This document shows, in pieces, positions 45,945-49,985 of a DNA stretch of 49,985 nucleotides (positions are counted from its first letter, which is position 1; every line of letters begins with the position of its first letter). The stretch covers positions 1 through 49,985 of the forward strand of contig CAIJYI010000005.1 in NCBI GenBank assembly GCA_903824855.1, written 5' to 3'. The position numbers and the translations under genes are program-made. The notes beneath the pieces are model-generated. The model worked only from the letters and a program-made list of their open reading frames with translations, was not told the DNA's origin and made no database searches. This DNA is from an uncultured bacterium. Lineage in GTDB: Bacteria; Patescibacteriota; Minisyncoccia; Phycocordibacterales; CAIJYI01.

Positions 45945-46802
45945 TTATTGCGCGGAAGGATTTGCCGTATCGGGGGTTGGTTCCGTTTCTGTTGTTGTGA
46001 AGGATTCGAGCAACACGTCTACAACCTCTTGAACTTTGGGGACATTAATAATCGGCGCAGGTTCAGTTGTTGGACTAGAAACCGTTTCATCAACGGCAGG
46101 CGAAGCATTTACCGGTTCGGGTGTTGGTTCGATAACAACAGGAACAGTGTCGGTAGCATTCGTTTGATTTTCAATAATGTTTGTTGTATTTGTTTCAACC
46201 TGTTCCGGATATTGGGTGGAAACAATGACTCTTTCCGGATGATTTTCGACGTTAGTTTCTTCTTGAACAACTTCCGGAATTACGGGAACATACCCTGCTA
46301 TCACCTCCTCTTTTGGATTCAATAACTTTCCAATTAATCCCGAATATTCTGTAACTATTTCTTTTTGAGACTCCCCTTTCGCTATCTCCATTTTTTGAAC
46401 TTTTTTCAGATAAGATAATTCGTAATTTATGTTTTCCCCGAGTTCCTTCGCGATGAATAAACCGAGATCTTTTCCTTCAAGTGAATCCTTGCTAATAGTA
46501 AGGACTTTTTCCATCTGTTTGTTTTGCCAAACGCTATTTTCTATCACGATAGTTTGATAGGAGTAATCGGCGTAATAATTTTTTTCATCATCCTTAATGG
46601 AATTGATTCTCAAATTGAAATTATACGCATCAAGATCTACGGTGAGTATCCAATTATTATCTACTGAAACGACGGTTGACTGACTGGAATAAACGGAAGA
46701 AGGATTTGCTGCGAAGGTAATGCCGAAGCCGAAGAAAAACAAAGCGAGGAGTATAGTAAAGGCATTATTGTATTTTACAAAATTGAAAAATTTAGTATAC
46801 AT
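45945..46802 (-). CDS. Exported hypothetical protein with a Pro/Thr/Glu-rich tail
   Basis: N-terminal hydrophobic segment; ATG at 46802 with TATAAT 7 nt upstream. Confidence 0.8.
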   Translation of the reverse strand: MYTKFFNFVKYNNAFTILLALFFFGFGITFAANPSSVYSSQSTVVSVDNNWILTVDLDAYNFNLRINSIKDDEKNYYADYSYQTIVIENSVWQNKQMEKVLTISKDSLEGKDLGLFIAKELGENINYELSYLKKVQKMEIAKGESQKEIVTEYSGLIGKLLNPKEEVIAGYVPVIPEVVQEETNVENHPERVIVSTQYPEQVETNTTNIIENQTNATDTVPVVIEPTPEPVNASPAVDETVSSPTTEPAPIINVPKVQEVVDVLLESFTTTETEPTPDTANPSAQ

Positions 46803-46843
46803 GCCATCTATTATAAGGGATAACAAAAAGCAAATCAACGCAT

Positions 46844-46880
46844 AAAAAAAACCTGTGTGGCATTCCCAACAGGTTTTTTT
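46844..46880 (-). terminator. Intrinsic terminator after the Ser/Pro repeat gene
   Basis: AAAAAAAACCTGT..ACAGGTTTTTTT. Confidence 0.7.
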
Positions 46881-49800
46881 ATGTCATCCAATATACTCCA
46901 TTCACATCTCTTATCGATTCACGAGGCACACCATTTACCGTTTTAATCTGGGCTTCGTTGACCTCATTAATCGAAAGAAGTTCAATCAACGCAACGGAAG
47001 GACTCGGCGAAGGCGAAATGGATGATGAAGGGCTTTGGCTCGGAGAGATTGATGCTGAGGGGCTTGGAGATATCGACGGCGATATTGAGCTTGAAGGACT
47101 TGATGATGGTGAGTATGAAGGCGAGATTGATGGACTGATTGATGGAGATTCCGAAGGCGAGAGTGAAGGGCTAACAGATGCCGAAGGACTGATTGAAGAC
47201 GAAGGGCTTAATGATGGAGAAGCTGACGGCGAGACAGACGGACTAACGGAAGCTGAAGGACTTTGTGATGGAGAAGATGAAGGCGAGGCTGATGGACTAA
47301 TAGATGCTGAAGGACTGAGTGATGGAGATTCTGATGGAGAGAGAGAAGGACTAACGGAAGCTGAAGGACTCAGAGATGGTGAGAGTGAGGGAGAGAGTGA
47401 TGGACTAACAGATGCCGAAGGACTCAAGCTCGGCGAGAGTGAGGTTGAAGGACTTCGTGACGGCGAAAGAGACGTTGACGGCGAAAGAGATGGCGAGATC
47501 GATGGAGAGAGTGATGGGCTGATAGATGCCGACGGACTCAGTGATGGAGATTCCGAAGGCGAGAGTGATGGACTAGCCGACGTCGATGGACTCAGAGATG
47601 GAGATTCAGACGGAGAGAGTGATGGACTGGCGGATACTGAAGGACTCAGAGATGGAGATTCTGAAGGTGAAGTTGAAGGACTGATTGATGATGACGGACT
47701 CAATGATGGAGATTCCGAAGGAGAGAGAGAAGTGCTTGGAGAAAGCGATGGACTAATTGATGTGCTTGGGCTCTGCGAAGAAGATCCTCCAATCGGAGTT
47801 GAGGGGCTTATTGAAGAACTCGGACTCAACGAAGGAGACTCTGATGGAGAGTCAGATGGAGAAACTGAAGTTGATGGACTTTGTGACGGAGATTCTGATG
47901 GAGAGAGTGAAGGACTGGCGGAAGCTGAAGGACTCAGAGACGGAGAAAGTGAGGGAGAGAGTGATGGACTGATTGATGATGAAGGACTGGTTGATGATGA
48001 AGGACTCTGAGATGGAGAAGATGAAGGAGAAAGCGATGGACTAACGGAAGTTGAAGGACTTTGTGATGGAGAAGATGAAGGAGAAAGCGATGGACTGATA
48101 GATGCCGAAGGACTGAGTGATGGTGAGACTGATGGAGAGATTGATGGACTGACGGAAGTTGAGGGACTCAGAGATGGAGAAGATGAAGGAGAGATGGATG
48201 GGCTAACGGAAGCCGAAGGACTCTGAGAAGGAGAAGATGACGGCGAGACAGATGGACTAACGGAAGTTGAAGGACTCAGAGACGGCGAGGTTGACGGCGA
48301 AGATGATGGACTAATAGAAGCTGAAGGACTGAGCGATGGAGATTCTGAAGGAGAGATTGATGGACTAACAGATGTTGAAGGACTCAAGCTCGGCGAGAGT
48401 GAAGTTGAAGGACTTCGTGATGGCGAGACGGACGTTGACGGCGAAAGAGATGGCGAGATTGATGGAGAGGATGAAGGACTGAGTGAAGAAGATGGACTCA
48501 GAGAAGGAGAAGATGATGGAGAGACAGACGGACTAACGGAAGTTGAAGGACTAAGTGATGGAGAAACTGACGGAGAGACTGATGGACTGACGGAAGTAGA
48601 AGGACTGAGTGACGGTGAGATTGACGGTGAGGAAGATGGACTAATAGAAGACGATGGACTCAGAGATGGAGAAGATGATGGAGAAATTGATGGGCTAACA
48701 GATGTCGAAGGACTCAGAGATGGAGATTCTGATGGAGAGATTGATGGACTGATGGAGGTTGAAGGACTGGTTGAAGAACTCGGGCTCAAGCTCGGACTAG
48801 ATGATGGTGATGCAGATGATGATGGAGATAGAGATGGCGAAGGTGATGGGCCGGCAAGTCTCAAATGTGTCGTAATCATCGACCATGAAAGACTGCCGAA
48901 CCCGACGAGGGTGGCACTCGACTTCATAGATCTGGCCGACGCGTCATAATATTCCTGTATCTGGGAGTCTACTACTCTTACCCCCGGAGCTGCAGTAATC
49001 TTGTCTTCCCTTCTCTCCGTTTCGCCATTTTCCGGATCTACATATAACGAAATGTTGTTTGCTAATGGCGCACTTCCCAACATTGAGATGGCCATACTAC
49101 CAGTCAATCCTTCCGCTAATGAGATTGAAGCATGTTGCGGTGATCCTCCTGAACCGTTCGCTATCGAAATTTCAGTAAATGCGCTTTCTGTACTTGATGA
49201 ACCTGTATAAGAAACAGCCGACCATGCATGGTTTGTGGAGGAATCAAAAGTAACGGAAATCAATTCGCTTCCGGCGTTTTCTCTAAAAACAAACCAGAAC
49301 TCGTTAGATAAAACGGTGGAGTCAGAACTTTTCGCCAAAAATGTCATCGATACTCCGGCGATTGTCACACTGCTCGGCCCGGTTGTTCCAAGATAAGAAA
49401 CATTGAACACAACCATCACGTTTGCGTCATGAGTTAAAGTTGCGCTTGAATTTGTTCCTGTTCCATTTGAACCGGTATCTGCATCATAAGCAACAGGCGG
49501 AATTGAAGGAGAAGCAGAACTTGATGGACTCAAGCTCGGACTTTCTGATGGTGAGTCAGATGGGCTCACCGATGTCGATGGACTCAAACTTGGTGAGATT
49601 GAGGTTGAAGGGCTAAGCGAAGGTGAGCTTGACGTTGACGGTGAAAGCGAAGGAGAAATTGACGGAGAACTAGAAGGAGAAATTGAACTTGAAGGACTGA
49701 GCGATGGAGAGACCGACGGAGAATTTGAAGGAGAAACAGAACTCGATGGACTCAGTGATGGAGAGACTGATGGTGAATTAGATGGCGAAACAGAACTCGA

Positions 49801-49985
49801 CTGAGAAAGCGAGGGAGAAACTGATGGAGAGTTAGAAGGAGAAATCGAACTTGAAGGACTCGAGCTCGGAGAGATGGATGATGATGGCGAAAGCGATGGA
49901 GAAATCGAACTCGATGGACTGAGTGATGGTGAGACAGATGGTGAGTTTGAAGGACTCACTGAAGAACTCGGGCTTAGTGATGGAG
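46879..49985 (-). CDS. Giant alternating-serine (SPSx) repeat surface protein, 5'-truncated by the window edge
   Basis: The frame is open to the window end (over 1030 codons visible). Two S-x dipeptide tracts flank an in-frame, non-repetitive beta-rich domain of about 215 aa (about 48850-49500). Confidence 0.88.
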   Translation of the reverse strand, partial: PSLSPSSSVSPSNSPSVSPSLSPSSSISPSLSPSSSISPSSSPSSSISPSNSPSVSPSLSQSSSVSPSNSPSVSPSLSPSSSVSPSNSPSVSPSLSPSSSISPSSSPSISPSLSPSTSSSPSLSPSTSISPSLSPSTSVSPSDSPSESPSLSPSSSASPSIPPVAYDADTGSNGTGTNSSATLTHDANVMVVFNVSYLGTTGPSSVTIAGVSMTFLAKSSDSTVLSNEFWFVFRENAGSELISVTFDSSTNHAWSAVSYTGSSSTESAFTEISIANGSGGSPQHASISLAEGLTGSMAISMLGSAPLANNISLYVDPENGETERREDKITAAPGVRVVDSQIQEYYDASARSMKSSATLVGFGSLSWSMITTHLRLAGPSPSPSLSPSSSASPSSSPSLSPSSSTSPSTSISPSISPSESPSLSPSTSVSPSISPSSSPSLSPSSSISPSSSPSISPSLSPSTSVSPSVSPSVSPSLSPSTSVSPSVSPSSSPSLSPSSSLSPSSSPSISPSLSPSTSVSPSRSPSTSLSPSLSPSTSVSPSISPSESPSLSPSASISPSSSPSTSPSLSPSTSVSPSVSPSSSPSQSPSASVSPSISPSSSPSLSPSTSVSPSISPSVSPSLSPSASISPSLSPSSSPSQSPSTSVSPSLSPSSSPSQSPSSSTSPSSSISPSLSPSLSPSLSPSASASPSLSPSESPSQSPSTSVSPSDSPSESPSLSPSSSISPSTPIGGSSSQSPSTSISPSLSPSTSLSPSESPSLSPSSSISPSTSPSESPSLSPSVSASPSLSPSESPSLSPSTSASPSLSPSESPSLSPSASISPSLSPSISPSLSPSTSLSPSRSPSTSLSPSLSPSASVSPSLSPSLSPSLSPSASVSPSLSPSESPSLSPSASISPSASPSSSPSQSPSASVSPSVSPSASPSLSPSSSISPSASVSPSLSPSESPSISPSISPSYSPSSSPSSSISPSISPSPSASISPSQSPSSSISPSPSPSVALIELLSINEVNEAQIKTVNGVPRESIRDVNGVYWMT

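Noticed and set aside
46958-48010. 350-aa Asp/Glu/Gly-rich + strand ORF, and similar frames to the right
   Set aside because: It is the antisense shadow of Ser/Pro codons. It is broken by TGA stops, whereas the minus frame runs uninterrupted through a non-repetitive domain.
46990-49985. CRISPR array or RNA polymerase II CTD mimic
   Set aside because: There is no constant repeat with unique spacers, and variation tracks codon positions. The repeat has almost no Tyr and no YSPTSPS heptad period.

Overview
This AT-rich, gene-dense bacterial window uses the standard genetic code. Its gene content fits a Patescibacteria/CPR (Parcubacteria-like) genome; that assignment is an inference. Housekeeping genes include tRNA-Leu(CAA), grpE, dnaB, recR, gltX, cysS, leuS, rplI, ychF, corA, mltG, dgkA and an S41 protease. 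A small fermentative toolkit is present: ADP-forming acetate-CoA ligase, PPDK, SDR-type threonine dehydrogenase plus Kbl, and an IMPDH/GMPR-family enzyme. These are interleaved with orphan genes that often carry their own promoter, Shine-Dalgarno (SD) site and terminator. The right end holds a minus-strand cell-surface locus: a giant alternating-serine (S-P-S-x) repeat protein, open at the window edge, followed by a four-gene cluster encoding a dockerin-tailed secreted protein and two membrane-anchored cohesin-like proteins. Other notable signals are an inverted copy of the tRNA-Leu 3' end forming a branched structure, a Nudix domain inserted in LeuRS, tandem PD-(D/E)xK-like paralogs, an unlisted 56-aa hydrophobic peptide gene, many apparently leaderless genes, a cruciform palindrome and heptamer repeats. 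No CRISPR array, rRNA, integrase or transposase was seen. All calls come from reading motifs by eye, without database searches.
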